Shown: positions 1 to 8,321, counted from the first letter of the stretch. The stretch: 64,000 nucleotides of DNA from an uncultured Candidatus Saccharibacteria bacterium (GCA_964420015.1 CAYQPO010000002.1:74121-138120), one strand, 5' to 3'. Notes: a model not told the origin generated them from the letters alone. Translations and numbers: made by a program.

Positions 1-718
1 GTCGGTTTTTACCCTTGCAGATTGGTCCAAAAAACAGCTGCTGCTGCTCCCACGAGCTTTGGGTCAAATAGTTGGTGGTAAAGTTTTTGTAGTACTGCGG
101 TGTTTGCACGAACGCTACTGAGTCGTCGGCAAAGTAGGGTACTGTTTTAGAAAGAAAGTCTTTGTGAGGCACGTGGTCGGCATCGAAGACTGCCACCAAG
201 GGCGCTTCACAAAAGCGCAGCGCGTTGTTGATGTTGCCTGCTTTGGCGCCGCCAGGCGTCGTGCGCGTGATGCAGCACACTCCTTCTTGCTTGGCGAGCG
301 CTTCATACTCGCGCCAGTGCTCTTTTTTGGCGACAAACGAGTCGTTGAGTATGTAGACCCTGTGCTTGCGGTAGCGCATGTCGCGCGCAGCGCGCACCAC
401 CTCGCGCACTATCTCCAGTGGCTCGCCAGCCACAGTAATAAACACATCTACCGGCGGCTGGAGCGATATATCTTTAGGCGCTTGATAGGTAGTGTCCCAG
501 ACAGTGTAGAGGAAGGTGAATACCTGCCAAATGTGAAACACTTCGCCTGCGATGAGGAGCCAAAAAAGCACCGGCTCTCCGTGGGGGAAGAAAAAGGCGA
601 GTACAAAAAAGTACGCGAGTGCGAGCGTGCCGTTAAGCGCGAGTAACCACTGTGGCGTATGTGTATCTTTGAGAAAGTCGGCGCGGGCGTCTTGCGGTGG
701 CTCATATACGGTCGGCAT
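1..718 (-). CDS. Cellulose synthase catalytic subunit-like GT2 (BcsA-like), truncated at left window edge
   Basis: Not in the ORF track. Manual translation from ATG 718 gives MPTVYEPPQ..., 2 TM segments, VDVFITVAGEP, YILND, AKAGNINNAL, VAVFDADHVP and VQTPQYY...QQQLFFGPICKGKN, which are BcsA-type motifs. Confidence 0.85.
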   Translation of the reverse strand, partial: MPTVYEPPQDARADFLKDTHTPQWLLALNGTLALAYFFVLAFFFPHGEPVLFWLLIAGEVFHIWQVFTFLYTVWDTTYQAPKDISLQPPVDVFITVAGEPLEIVREVVRAARDMRYRKHRVYILNDSFVAKKEHWREYEALAKQEGVCCITRTTPGGAKAGNINNALRFCEAPLVAVFDADHVPHKDFLSKTVPYFADDSVAFVQTPQYYKNFTTNYLTQSSWEQQQLFFGPICKGKNR

Positions 719-795
719 TTTGTATGATGGTGAAGCCTCTAATGATGGTGAAGACTGGGTTCATTGACTGTACGGGCCTGATGCTGAAGGTGAGC

Positions 796-2025
796 TTAAG
801 GGGTGAGCGCTCGAGCGGGTAGACTCGCGGCCAGGTTGGGCAAGAGTTGGTTGTAGAGTCCTACCCCAAACCAAGCCCAGTTGTCGTCGTAGTAGGTGAG
901 GGGTTGCTTCCACGTGTTTAGGTCAGGGTCAAAGAGCGATTGTAATTTCTTGTCGTACACTGCACTCCCTTGGCTTGGGTCGACGAGCATAAAGAAGCCG
1001 ATCGAACCGCCGTACATCGCCGGAGTTTCTTGTACGTCGAGCACAGTGCCGTCGTGGTTTATGACGCGCGGGAGCGCGCCTTGCTTACGCCACAAATCTG
1101 AAAGGATCTTCATCCTAGCGAGCGTATCGGTGGCGCGCGGCTCCCCAAACCACACGTAGTCGAGTGCTAAACGCCATGATATGCGCAGCGCATCATAGCT
1201 GTAGTTGGTGTTGGGTGTACTACTCCCTTGCGCAGTGCTCGGCGCGCTCAAGACTCCAGAGTGTTTGTTGAGCCGCAGCCAGTCCGGCGGCAGCACACCT
1301 ATCTTTGTATCAAGTGGTGCGGTAATACTGCGTCCAAGTAGAGCGTACGCGCTGTCGACTAGTTGCCCCCATGGGTGTGTTTGGTCGACTTGAGCAAAAA
1401 TGCGATAGCTCGCGGGCGAGAAGTATGAAGGGTTGAGTGCAGCAGTCGGATCACTGGAGGTTTTTTCGATGTCATCGGCAACGAGGTAGGGCGTGCCGCC
1501 TACACTCATGACCTCCTTGTTCCAAATGTCGCTGATGATCGCGCGGGAGGCATTGAGATACTGAGTGTCTTGCCAGCGCGCGTAGGCAAACACTAAAGCG
1601 AGTGCTATGTCTTGATCGGCGTCGCTCGCGGTGGTGTTGCCACCTTGGTCGATGAGTATGCCAAAGGTGCCGTCGGGGCGCCTGCCAAAGAGCCACGCAA
1701 ACAAGTGATCGTTTTTGTGCTGAAGATTATTTTTAGTCCACTGCCACGCGGCGTCGAAGGTGGCATGGTCGTCCATCCACACTGCGCGCAAAAGGGTATA
1801 CCCCTGGCCTTCGGAGGTGGTGACGTTGTTGCGTTGCTTGTCGAGCGTGCGCAGTGTGCCCGCTTCGAGATAGACTTTTTTGTACTGGTCCCAGGTCGAG
1901 CCAAGGATTTGTGAGGGGGAGAAGATAAGCGGCACCTCGCTGCGACGTGAATTTATAAAGAAGACCGCGAGGGCAAGTGCGATCGCGCCGCCGACCAGTA
2001 AGTAGCCTACAAAGCGCCGCTCCAT
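796..2025 (-). CDS. Glycoside hydrolase family 8 endoglucanase (BcsZ-like), membrane-anchored
   Basis: TTSEGQGY, LFAW, ASDAD, NPSYF and YSYDALR GH8 motifs; N-terminal TM segment. Confidence 0.9.
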   Translation of the reverse strand: MERRFVGYLLVGGAIALALAVFFINSRRSEVPLIFSPSQILGSTWDQYKKVYLEAGTLRTLDKQRNNVTTSEGQGYTLLRAVWMDDHATFDAAWQWTKNNLQHKNDHLFAWLFGRRPDGTFGILIDQGGNTTASDADQDIALALVFAYARWQDTQYLNASRAIISDIWNKEVMSVGGTPYLVADDIEKTSSDPTAALNPSYFSPASYRIFAQVDQTHPWGQLVDSAYALLGRSITAPLDTKIGVLPPDWLRLNKHSGVLSAPSTAQGSSTPNTNYSYDALRISWRLALDYVWFGEPRATDTLARMKILSDLWRKQGALPRVINHDGTVLDVQETPAMYGGSIGFFMLVDPSQGSAVYDKKLQSLFDPDLNTWKQPLTYYDDNWAWFGVGLYNQLLPNLAASLPARALTP

Positions 2026-2027
2026 GG

Positions 2028-2210
2028 TTATGCTTGCGGGGTGGCGGGATTAGAGTTTCTCACAAACAAAGTATGGTCGGCTCGGAGCGCTTCCTTTTTT
2101 GGTGCGGCGACGAGTGCGAGGCCTGCAGCAAAAAGCCCGACACTGAGTGTAAGGAGTGCGTAGGTGAGCTGTGGTGAGAGGGCGGTTGAGGCGTATACAG
2201 CAGTGTCCAT
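2028..2210 (-). CDS. Small single-TM membrane protein (60 aa)
   Basis: MDTAVYAS...; fills the operon gap exactly between GT2-GtrA and GH8. Confidence 0.6.
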   Translation of the reverse strand: MDTAVYASTALSPQLTYALLTLSVGLFAAGLALVAAPKKEALRADHTLFVRNSNPATPQA

Positions 2211-2217
2211 GATGATC

Positions 2218-3357
2218 TTACAGGTGAGCGAGTAATGGTTTTCGAATGGAGCGAAACACAAATCTGCGCGAGAGCGTGTAATTGAGTGCAAAGGTGGCAA
2301 GGGTGGTGACGACGAGCGCTATAAGATCATACACGCCTGCGATGCGCACGAGGAGATACATCATGGTGATGTTAAGGAGCAGTGCGCTCGAGGTGGCAAG
2401 ATAGAATCGGATCACTTCAGCGAGCCGCACGCGCGAGCGGAGGCGGAAGGTAAAGCGGCGGTTGAGCACAAAACTGGTCATTGTGGCAATCACAAAGGAG
2501 ATGAATTTGGCCCATACGGGCATTGGCGCAAAGAGCGGTACAAAACGAGTGAGGCCGATATAGATGCCGGTGTCTACGAGCGTGTTGACCACGCCAACGC
2601 CCATAAAGCGCAGCAACTGAAGACTGTTCTGCGGTACGCCGGTCTCGTCCAACTCAAAACGAACACGAAATACGTCGAAGAATGAGCGCACCACATCGCG
2701 TGGCCGCACGGTGCTGCCGTCTTGGTGCTGCCAGCGCACCGCAACCTCGGCTACATGTAGGTGGAGTTTTTGTGCGCGACTCAGCACCTCGTAGTCGAAC
2801 GAAAAGCGCGGCAAAAGCAAGCGGCGAAAGAGCGTGCGCGCTGCCTCGCGGCGGTAGAGCTTAAACCCGCACTGTGTGTCGTAAAAGGGGAGACGGAGCA
2901 CCAAACGTATAAGCAAGTTCCCCAGATCGCCAACAAGGCGGCGCAACAGGGGCTGCCGTATGCGGCTTTGGGGGAGTTTGCGCGAACCTATGGCAGCATC
3001 GAATCCTTGCTGCACGCGCGGCAGGAGTTTCTCTATCTCTTCGATCGGGGTAGAGAGATCGGCATCGGTGCACAAAATATAATCGCCCGAACTCGCCAAA
3101 ATGCCGCGGCGTACCGCAGCGCCTTTGCCGTGGTTTTCGGTTTGAGGGAGTACCCGCACTGCGTCAAGTTCTTGAGAGAGTGCTCGGGCAAGCATTGTTG
3201 TTTGGTCGTGGCTCCCATCGTCGACAATGAGCGTCTCGTGCTTGAGCCCGCGGCTTGCACAGTATTGTTCGATGCGACGTATCGAAGCTGCAAGACGTCG
3301 AGCTTCGTTATACGCAGGGATGACAATCGAAAGGGTGTAGGGTGGCATGTACCCCAC
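2218..3357 (-). CDS. Polyprenol-phosphate glycosyltransferase (GT2) fused to GtrA-like flippase domain
   Basis: SIVIPAYNE, IVDDGS, GKGAAVR, DADLS, DTQCGFK; C-terminal RFMGVGVVNTLVD...SFVLNRRFTF...NYTLSRRFVF (GtrA). The start may be 3348. Confidence 0.88.
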   Translation of the reverse strand: MGYMPPYTLSIVIPAYNEARRLAASIRRIEQYCASRGLKHETLIVDDGSHDQTTMLARALSQELDAVRVLPQTENHGKGAAVRRGILASSGDYILCTDADLSTPIEEIEKLLPRVQQGFDAAIGSRKLPQSRIRQPLLRRLVGDLGNLLIRLVLRLPFYDTQCGFKLYRREAARTLFRRLLLPRFSFDYEVLSRAQKLHLHVAEVAVRWQHQDGSTVRPRDVVRSFFDVFRVRFELDETGVPQNSLQLLRFMGVGVVNTLVDTGIYIGLTRFVPLFAPMPVWAKFISFVIATMTSFVLNRRFTFRLRSRVRLAEVIRFYLATSSALLLNITMMYLLVRIAGVYDLIALVVTTLATFALNYTLSRRFVFRSIRKPLLAHL

Positions 3358-3464
3358 AGTAGTGGCCTCGGCCTTAAAAAATGCTGAATCATAAAGAATT
3401 CCTGTAGCTCAAGCAAAATTGAAAAATGCCTAAAAGTACGCTACGCTCCAGATACAACTAGTTT

Positions 3465-3540
3465 GCCGATGTAGCTCAGTTGGTAGAGCAACGCCATGGT
3501 AAGGCGTAGGTCGCCAGTTCGATCCTGGCCATCGGCTCCA
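3465..3540 (+). tRNA. tRNA-Thr(GGT)
   Basis: Cloverleaf GCCGATG/CATCGGC, anticodon arm ACGCC-ATGGTAA-GGCGT, GTTCGAT, encoded CCA. Confidence 0.96.
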
Positions 3541-3590
3541 GAGTTTTAATGGTATAGTCCGGGTAGGTGTATCAATTAGGGAGATGTCCC

Positions 3591-4091
3591 GTGGATGACG
3601 AGAAACCGTCTCCTCCGTTGGAGATAATTCTGACCAAGCAGCAGCGCTACGAGCTCGGGCTCTCGCTTGCAGAAGCGAAGAAATATCGAGCCGATCTCAA
3701 TCAGAGGCTACGTGCGCAGCGTCACGAATATTTCACCAGTGGCGAAGTTGCGCAGCGGCGCGGCGTAGAAAACGAACTGCGCCTCGGCAATATTTTTGAA
3801 AGCTTAAGGCAACAATGGCCCGCCTGGCTGGTCAGAGTGGTGAAGGCGAGTCGTGGTCAGTGGGGGTACGATTACACCTTTGTCACCGAGGATAATATTG
3901 GCGTACTCGTGGACGTAAAGTCGTCCTTCGGTGGTTTGAGGGGCGAACGGAAAGATCGGCGAAACTGTCCCGAACGTCGAGGGATTGTCCTCGTGGTCGT
4001 TAACCCCAGGCGCACAGACCAAGAGATCTTTTCTGAGTTGATAGAGAAGATCCAAAACAGAAGACAAGGACTTCTGGCGAGCGTGGCGTAA
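3591..4091 (+). CDS. Hypothetical protein, possible PD-(D/E)XK nuclease fold
   Basis: GTG after AGGGAGA; E...GYDYTF...VLVDVKSS resembles a PD-(D/E)xK core. Confidence 0.5.
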   Translation: MDDEKPSPPLEIILTKQQRYELGLSLAEAKKYRADLNQRLRAQRHEYFTSGEVAQRRGVENELRLGNIFESLRQQWPAWLVRVVKASRGQWGYDYTFVTEDNIGVLVDVKSSFGGLRGERKDRRNCPERRGIVLVVVNPRRTDQEIFSELIEKIQNRRQGLLASVA

Positions 4092-4112
4092 GCCACGATG
4101 CCACACTCAAAG

Positions 4113-4141
4113 ACCACCGGTGGTCAGCCGGTGGTTTTTTT
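4113..4141 (+). terminator. Intrinsic terminator
   Basis: ACCACCGG-tggtcag-CCGGTGGT followed by a T tract. Confidence 0.75.
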
Positions 4142-4169
4142 GTTGCTTTTGCTATATATTTTTGCTATT

Positions 4170-4245
4170 GCCAGAGTAGCTCAGTTGGTAGAGCGAGGGT
4201 ATCGTAAACCCTAGGTCGCCGGTTCGATCCCGGCCTCTGGCTCCA
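4170..4245 (+). tRNA. tRNA-Thr(CGT)
   Basis: GCCAGAG/CTCTGGC acceptor, AGGGT-ATCGTAA-ACCCT anticodon arm, encoded CCA. Confidence 0.96.
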
Positions 4246-4270
4246 GTTCGATAGGACTCACTGTAGACAA

Positions 4271-5134
4271 GTGGAGAACGAAAAAATAGAAACGCGGATA
4301 CGAGAGCTCGAAGCAGCGATGCAGCGGCCTGATTTTTGGTCTGAGCCTCAAACTGCTCAAGCGATGATCAAAGAGCTGCGGGATTTAAAAGCCGAGGCAG
4401 AGGGTGGCTCGGTCTACGATCGCGGTAATGCGATCGTGAGTTTTGTTGCTGGTGCCGGTGGCGATGATGCCGAAGATTTTGCAGCGATGCTTTTGCAAAT
4501 GTATACAAAGTTTACAGCAAAACGCGGATGGAGTGTCAAAGTTTTGCACGAAAACAAAAACGACCACGACGGCTACCGCAACGCCTCGATAGAGATAGAA
4601 GGGAAGGGTGCATATGGTGTTTTAAAGAATGAATACGGAGTGCACCGCTTGGTGCGCCTCTCACCGTTTAATGCCAACGACAAGCGCCATACCTCGTTTG
4701 TGCTTGTAGAAGTGCTGCCGGTGTTGCAAAAAGTCTCGCGCATTGAGCTCGACGACAAAGATTTGGAGATTTCGGTGGCGCGCTCAGGCGGCCCCGGCGG
4801 GCAAAATGTCAACAAGCGCGAAACGGCCGTGCGTATAGTCCACACGCCGACCGGCATCTCGGCTCATGTTGATGGCGAGCGCACGCAAGGGGCTAACAAA
4901 GAAAAGGCCCTCGCGATTATAAAGGCAAAACTTTTGCGCAAACTCGAAGAGGAGCGCAAGGAAAAAATTTCAGAGCTCTCTCAAGGCCAAAAAATAGAGT
5001 GGGGCAACCAGATCCGTAGCTATGTGCTGCATCCCTACAAGTTGGTTAAAGACCACCGCTCTGGTGTAGAGGTCCACGACGCCGAGGATGTTCTTGAAGG
5101 GAACATAGAACCATTTTTAGGCGGTGTATACTAG
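4271..5134 (+). CDS. prfB: Peptide chain release factor 2 (short form)
   Basis: [11 protein letters not shown] (SPF recognition loop), [20 protein letters not shown]. Confidence 0.93.
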   Translation: MENEKIETRIRELEAAMQRPDFWSEPQTAQAMIKELRDLKAEAEGGSVYDRGNAIVSFVAGAGGDDAEDFAAMLLQMYTKFTAKRGWSVKVLHENKNDHDGYRNASIEIEGKGAYGVLKNEYGVHRLVRLSPFNANDKRHTSFVLVEVLPVLQKVSRIELDDKDLEISVARSGGPGGQNVNKRETAVRIVHTPTGISAHVDGERTQGANKEKALAIIKAKLLRKLEEERKEKISELSQGQKIEWGNQIRSYVLHPYKLVKDHRSGVEVHDAEDVLEGNIEPFLGGVY

Positions 5135-5171
5135 TTGAAGGGTCCACAACTCTCACGACGGCCCTTTGCTA

Positions 5172-5852
5172 ATGATTTATTACGACCGGGTAAGCAAAAT
5201 CTACGCCGATAATTCCGTCGCACTCGAGGATGTGTCCTTCAGCATCGAGCCGGGGGAGTTTGTCTCGGTAGTGGGCCACTCAGGTGCAGGCAAAACAACG
5301 CTTGTGAAGATGCTCTTGGCTGAGGAGAAGCCCACTGCAGGCTCGGTGTTTTTTGAGTCAATCAACGTGCATGAGCTGCCGCTCAATAAAATCAATGACC
5401 TGCGCCGCAAGATCGGCACCGTGTTTCAAGATTTTCGGCTCCTCCCCAACAAAACCGCATACGAAAATATCGCCTTTGCTATGGAGGCCGCGGGCAGGAG
5501 CGAAGAGGAGATCCGCTCCGATGTGCCGCACGTGCTCGAGCTGGTCGACTTAGGCGAAAAAGCGAGCAATTTCCCCGATCAACTCAGTGGTGGCGAGCAG
5601 CAGCGGGTGGCTATCGCACGCGCGATCGTCAATCAACCCGACGTGATTGTGGCCGACGAACCCACCGGCAACCTCGACCCCGTTAACACCTTTGAGGTGG
5701 TGCAGATTCTTAAAAAAATTAACGACCTCGGCACCACCATCATCCTCACCACGCACAACAAAGGGGTGATCGACAGCCTCAAGCGCCGTGTGATCACGAT
5801 GGACCGCGGTAAAATTATCCGCGACGACAAAGAGGGCAAGTACATCTTGTAA
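5172..5852 (+). CDS. ftsE: Cell division ATP-binding protein FtsE
   Basis: [34 protein letters not shown]; ftsX lies nearby. Confidence 0.93.
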   Translation: MIYYDRVSKIYADNSVALEDVSFSIEPGEFVSVVGHSGAGKTTLVKMLLAEEKPTAGSVFFESINVHELPLNKINDLRRKIGTVFQDFRLLPNKTAYENIAFAMEAAGRSEEEIRSDVPHVLELVDLGEKASNFPDQLSGGEQQRVAIARAIVNQPDVIVADEPTGNLDPVNTFEVVQILKKINDLGTTIILTTHNKGVIDSLKRRVITMDRGKIIRDDKEGKYIL

Positions 5853-5915
5853 GGTTGCACGAAGATAGTATTTTTCCTATAGTGCGGGTAGGCCAACAAC
5901 AGGGGGACCCCGACC

Positions 5916-6254
5916 ATGGCGAAATTGTTCCCGAATATGCTTCCGCAGGGCTCCAAGGGCCCGGCGGTCAACTTTCTCGGCTTCTTGCTGAGCGGGTCGC
6001 ATTGGGAAGATCCGACGAAAAAGATCGTCCTCGACGGCGACTACGCGCCCGGTGGGGCGATTGCGACGGCGGTCAAAAGTTTCCAGTCGGATTCTGACTT
6101 GGAGCCCACAGGCGACCTGGACGAAGCAACCAGGAGCGAGCTCTCGAGCGAGTTCAACGTCGACCTCGACCTGCTCACTGCGGAGATGTTTCAGGGCGAG
6201 ACTATCGTGCCCGACGACAACCAGGGTACGCTCGCGCTCCAACAAGCCAAGTAA
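5916..6254 (+). CDS. Stand-alone peptidoglycan-binding domain protein
   Basis: GSKGPAV..L...L...DGDY...TAVKSFQ....L.PTGDLDEAT (PG_binding_1-like); has its own RBS and terminator. Confidence 0.72.
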   Translation: MAKLFPNMLPQGSKGPAVNFLGFLLSGSHWEDPTKKIVLDGDYAPGGAIATAVKSFQSDSDLEPTGDLDEATRSELSSEFNVDLDLLTAEMFQGETIVPDDNQGTLALQQAK

Positions 6255-6277
6255 TTTGTCCAGCCACGCGCATCGTG

Positions 6278-6308
6278 ATCGCGCCCCAACCAGGCGCGAT
6301 TCTTTTTT
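6278..6308 (+). terminator. Intrinsic terminator
   Basis: ATCGCGCC-ccaacca-GGCGCGAT followed by TCTTTTTT. Confidence 0.7.
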
Positions 6309-6368
6309 GTATGATACTCGGGCAATTTGGTCTTAAGCTATAAAAATTTTAAGGTATACTTTTTATGT

Positions 6369-7301
6369 ATGGACTGGGTACTCATCAAACGCATCTTGCG
6401 TGCGGGCATGCTCGATTTTAGCCGCAATGCGTTTGTCTCGATCGCGTCGATTTTGGTGATGACGGTGACGCTCTTTGTGGTTGGGGTAACCATTTTTGCA
6501 GGTGTCATTTTGGGTTCGGCCTTGCAAGAGTTGCGCGAAAAGGCCGATGTCAACGTCTACTTTGTACAAAATGCGCCCGAGCAGCAAATTATGGAGCTTA
6601 AAGCTTCGCTCGAGGCCTTGCCCGAGGTGGCTAAGGTCGACTATGTCTCATCCGACGAAGCGCTCGCGCAGTTTAGAGAGCGCCACCAAAACGACCAGCT
6701 CACCTTGGGTGCTTTGGATGAGCTTGGCCAAAACCCGCTGGGTGCCGTGCTCAACATAAAAGCCAAAGATATTTCGCAATACAATTCGATCGCTTCGTTC
6801 TTGCAAGACCAGCAAAACGAAGCAACAGGCACCGGCTCGATCATCGACAAGATCAACTACTACGACGAGTCGCACCAGCAAGCGCTCTCGCGACTCGAAC
6901 AAGTGACCAACTCCTCGCAGCGCTTGGGCTTTATTTTGGTAGTCATTCTCATTGCAACGACGATCGCGATCTCGTTTAACACGCTGCGCTTGGCCATTTA
7001 CACTAGCCGCGACGAGATCCAGGTAATGCGCCTGGTGGGTGCGGGCTCCTTCTACATCCGCGCGCCGTTTATGGTCGAGGGAGTGCTCTATGGGCTCATC
7101 GCGGCGCTCATCACGTTGCTCATATTTTATCCGCTCACCTGGTGGCTCGGTGGAGCAACGGGCAACTTTTTTGGCGGAGTGAATGTATTTAACTACTATC
7201 TTTCGCACTTCCTGTACTTTTTCCTCATTGTTGTAGGCACAGGCGTACTCCTCGGCGCCGTGGCAAGTTTCCTCGCGGTGCGCCGCTATCTTAAAATTTA
7301 G
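6369..7301 (+). CDS. ftsX: Cell division permease FtsX
   Basis: TM, extracellular domain (YVSSDEAL, NPL), NTLRLAIY.SRDEI.VMRLVGA...IRAPF..EG. Confidence 0.93.
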   Translation: MDWVLIKRILRAGMLDFSRNAFVSIASILVMTVTLFVVGVTIFAGVILGSALQELREKADVNVYFVQNAPEQQIMELKASLEALPEVAKVDYVSSDEALAQFRERHQNDQLTLGALDELGQNPLGAVLNIKAKDISQYNSIASFLQDQQNEATGTGSIIDKINYYDESHQQALSRLEQVTNSSQRLGFILVVILIATTIAISFNTLRLAIYTSRDEIQVMRLVGAGSFYIRAPFMVEGVLYGLIAALITLLIFYPLTWWLGGATGNFFGGVNVFNYYLSHFLYFFLIVVGTGVLLGAVASFLAVRRYLKI

Positions 7302-7460
7302 CTAACTGTGGTTTTGTTGCCACTGTTTCGACTCGCGATGCTCGACAATTTTGCGCTCCTCTTCGTCGACCTCTTGGGGGTCGCTGTAGAGCGTGAGCAG
7401 TGCGCTCAGCGCCAAGAGCAGTACAAAGAGTATAAGGCTCGCGCCTAAAAGGATATCCAT
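7302..7460 (-). CDS. Small membrane protein (52 aa)
   Basis: Manual translation: MDILLGASLILFVLLLALSALLTLYSDPQEVDEEERKIVEHRESKQWQQNHS. Confidence 0.55.
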   Translation of the reverse strand: MDILLGASLILFVLLLALSALLTLYSDPQEVDEEERKIVEHRESKQWQQNHS

Positions 7461-7560
7461 AACCCGCAAAGCGTACAGCGAGCGGCCTGAAGTTTGAGTG
7501 AACCAAACGGACTTTTAAATAGAGGTGTTTTTTGCTATCGTTCTTGTGTATTGGTCGGAA

Positions 7561-7622
7561 TGGGGGATCGTCCCTCGGCCGTAGACCCGTCCTACGGGCG
7601 AGGCTAATGGTAGGACGACGGA
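7561..7622 (+). pseudogene. tRNA-Gln 5' half interrupted by a 32-nt palindromic insertion
   Basis: TGGGGGATCGTC-[7573-7604]-TAATGGTAGGACGACGGA versus the intact tRNA TGCCGGATCGTC-TAATGGTAGGACAACGGA. Confidence 0.75.
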
Positions 7623-7627
7623 ATTCC

Positions 7628-7864
7628 ATGCATTATGTTTACGTCTTAAAAAGTGTGAAGGATGGTAACTTATACATTGGCTGTACGATGGACATTAATA
7701 AGCGATTTCAGCAACATGTGCGAGGTAAGGTTCGAGCAACCAAAGGCAGATTGCCGATTGAATTGATCTACAAGGAAGAATATAGTGATAAGTACGAGGC
7801 GTTTAGAAAAGAACGTTTCTATAAAACCCCAAAAGGAAAGAGAGAGCTCAAGGGGAAGATATAA
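7628..7864 (+). CDS. Stand-alone GIY-YIG nuclease
   Basis: MHYVYVLKS..DGNLYIGCT.DI.KRF.QH..G...TK...P..LIY.E......A..KE..YK. Confidence 0.92.
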   Translation: MHYVYVLKSVKDGNLYIGCTMDINKRFQQHVRGKVRATKGRLPIELIYKEEYSDKYEAFRKERFYKTPKGKRELKGKI

Positions 7865-7865
7865 T

Positions 7866-7936
7866 TGCCGGATCGTCTAATGGTAGGACAACGGACTCTG
7901 AATCCGTTTATCTTGGTTCGAATCCAAGTCCGGCAG
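7866..7936 (+). tRNA. tRNA-Gln(CTG), no encoded CCA
   Basis: TGCCGGA/TCCGGCA acceptor, ACGGA-CTCTGAA-TCCGT anticodon arm, CTTGG-TTCGAAT-CCAAG T arm. Confidence 0.95.
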
Positions 7937-7937
7937 C

Positions 7938-8065
7938 TCTTCAATTTTCGCAGACTCAAATTTCAGAGTCTGCGCCCCGTCCCTCAATTTCTCGGGAGGG
8001 GGCTTCGACCCGTAGAAAATTGAAGATACCGAGCGAGTGCCTGACGAAGGAAGGCCGACGAGGTA
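7938..8065. repeat. Nested inverted-repeat / multi-hairpin segment upstream of the second GIY-YIG gene
   Basis: A 12-bp IR, TCTTCAATTTTC (7938-7949) / GAAAATTGAAGA (8015-8026), encloses two hairpins; it is followed by TACCGAG...GCCT..AGGC...CGAGGTA (8027-8065). Confidence 0.75.
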
Positions 8066-8075
8066 GAATTGTTTT

Positions 8076-8321
8076 GTGAGTTATTTTGTCTATATTCTTG
8101 AATGCGCGGACGGATCACTCTATGTCGGTTGCACCAACGACTTACAAAGACGTTTATCCCAACACAACGAATCAAAGTGGGGTGCTCATTACACCAAAAT
8201 CCGCAGACCTGTGATATTGAAATATTCAGAAACTTATACTGACCTAAAAACAGCGCGTCGCCGTGAAACCGAAATCAAAGGCTGGCGAAGGGAGAAGAAA
8301 AACGCACTTTTTCAAAAATAA
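8076..8321 (+). CDS. Stand-alone GIY-YIG nuclease (YhbQ/UPF0213-like)
   Basis: YFVYILECADGSLYVGCTNDLQRRLSQHN...GAHYTK.RRPV.L.YSE......A.RRE.EIK.W.R.KK. Confidence 0.93.
   Translation: MSYFVYILECADGSLYVGCTNDLQRRLSQHNESKWGAHYTKIRRPVILKYSETYTDLKTARRRETEIKGWRREKKNALFQK

Noticed and set aside
164-646. 160-aa plus-strand ORF
   Set aside because: It is antisense to the BcsA-like gene, which the ORF track missed because it runs off the window.
724-753. 12-bp direct repeat ATGATGGTGAAG x2 upstream of the bcsA-like gene
   Set aside because: Only two copies, with no supporting context for a function.
7561-7936. Group I intron with a homing endonuclease inside one tRNA
   Set aside because: There is no room for a ribozyme core, and the downstream tRNA is complete with its own 5' half.
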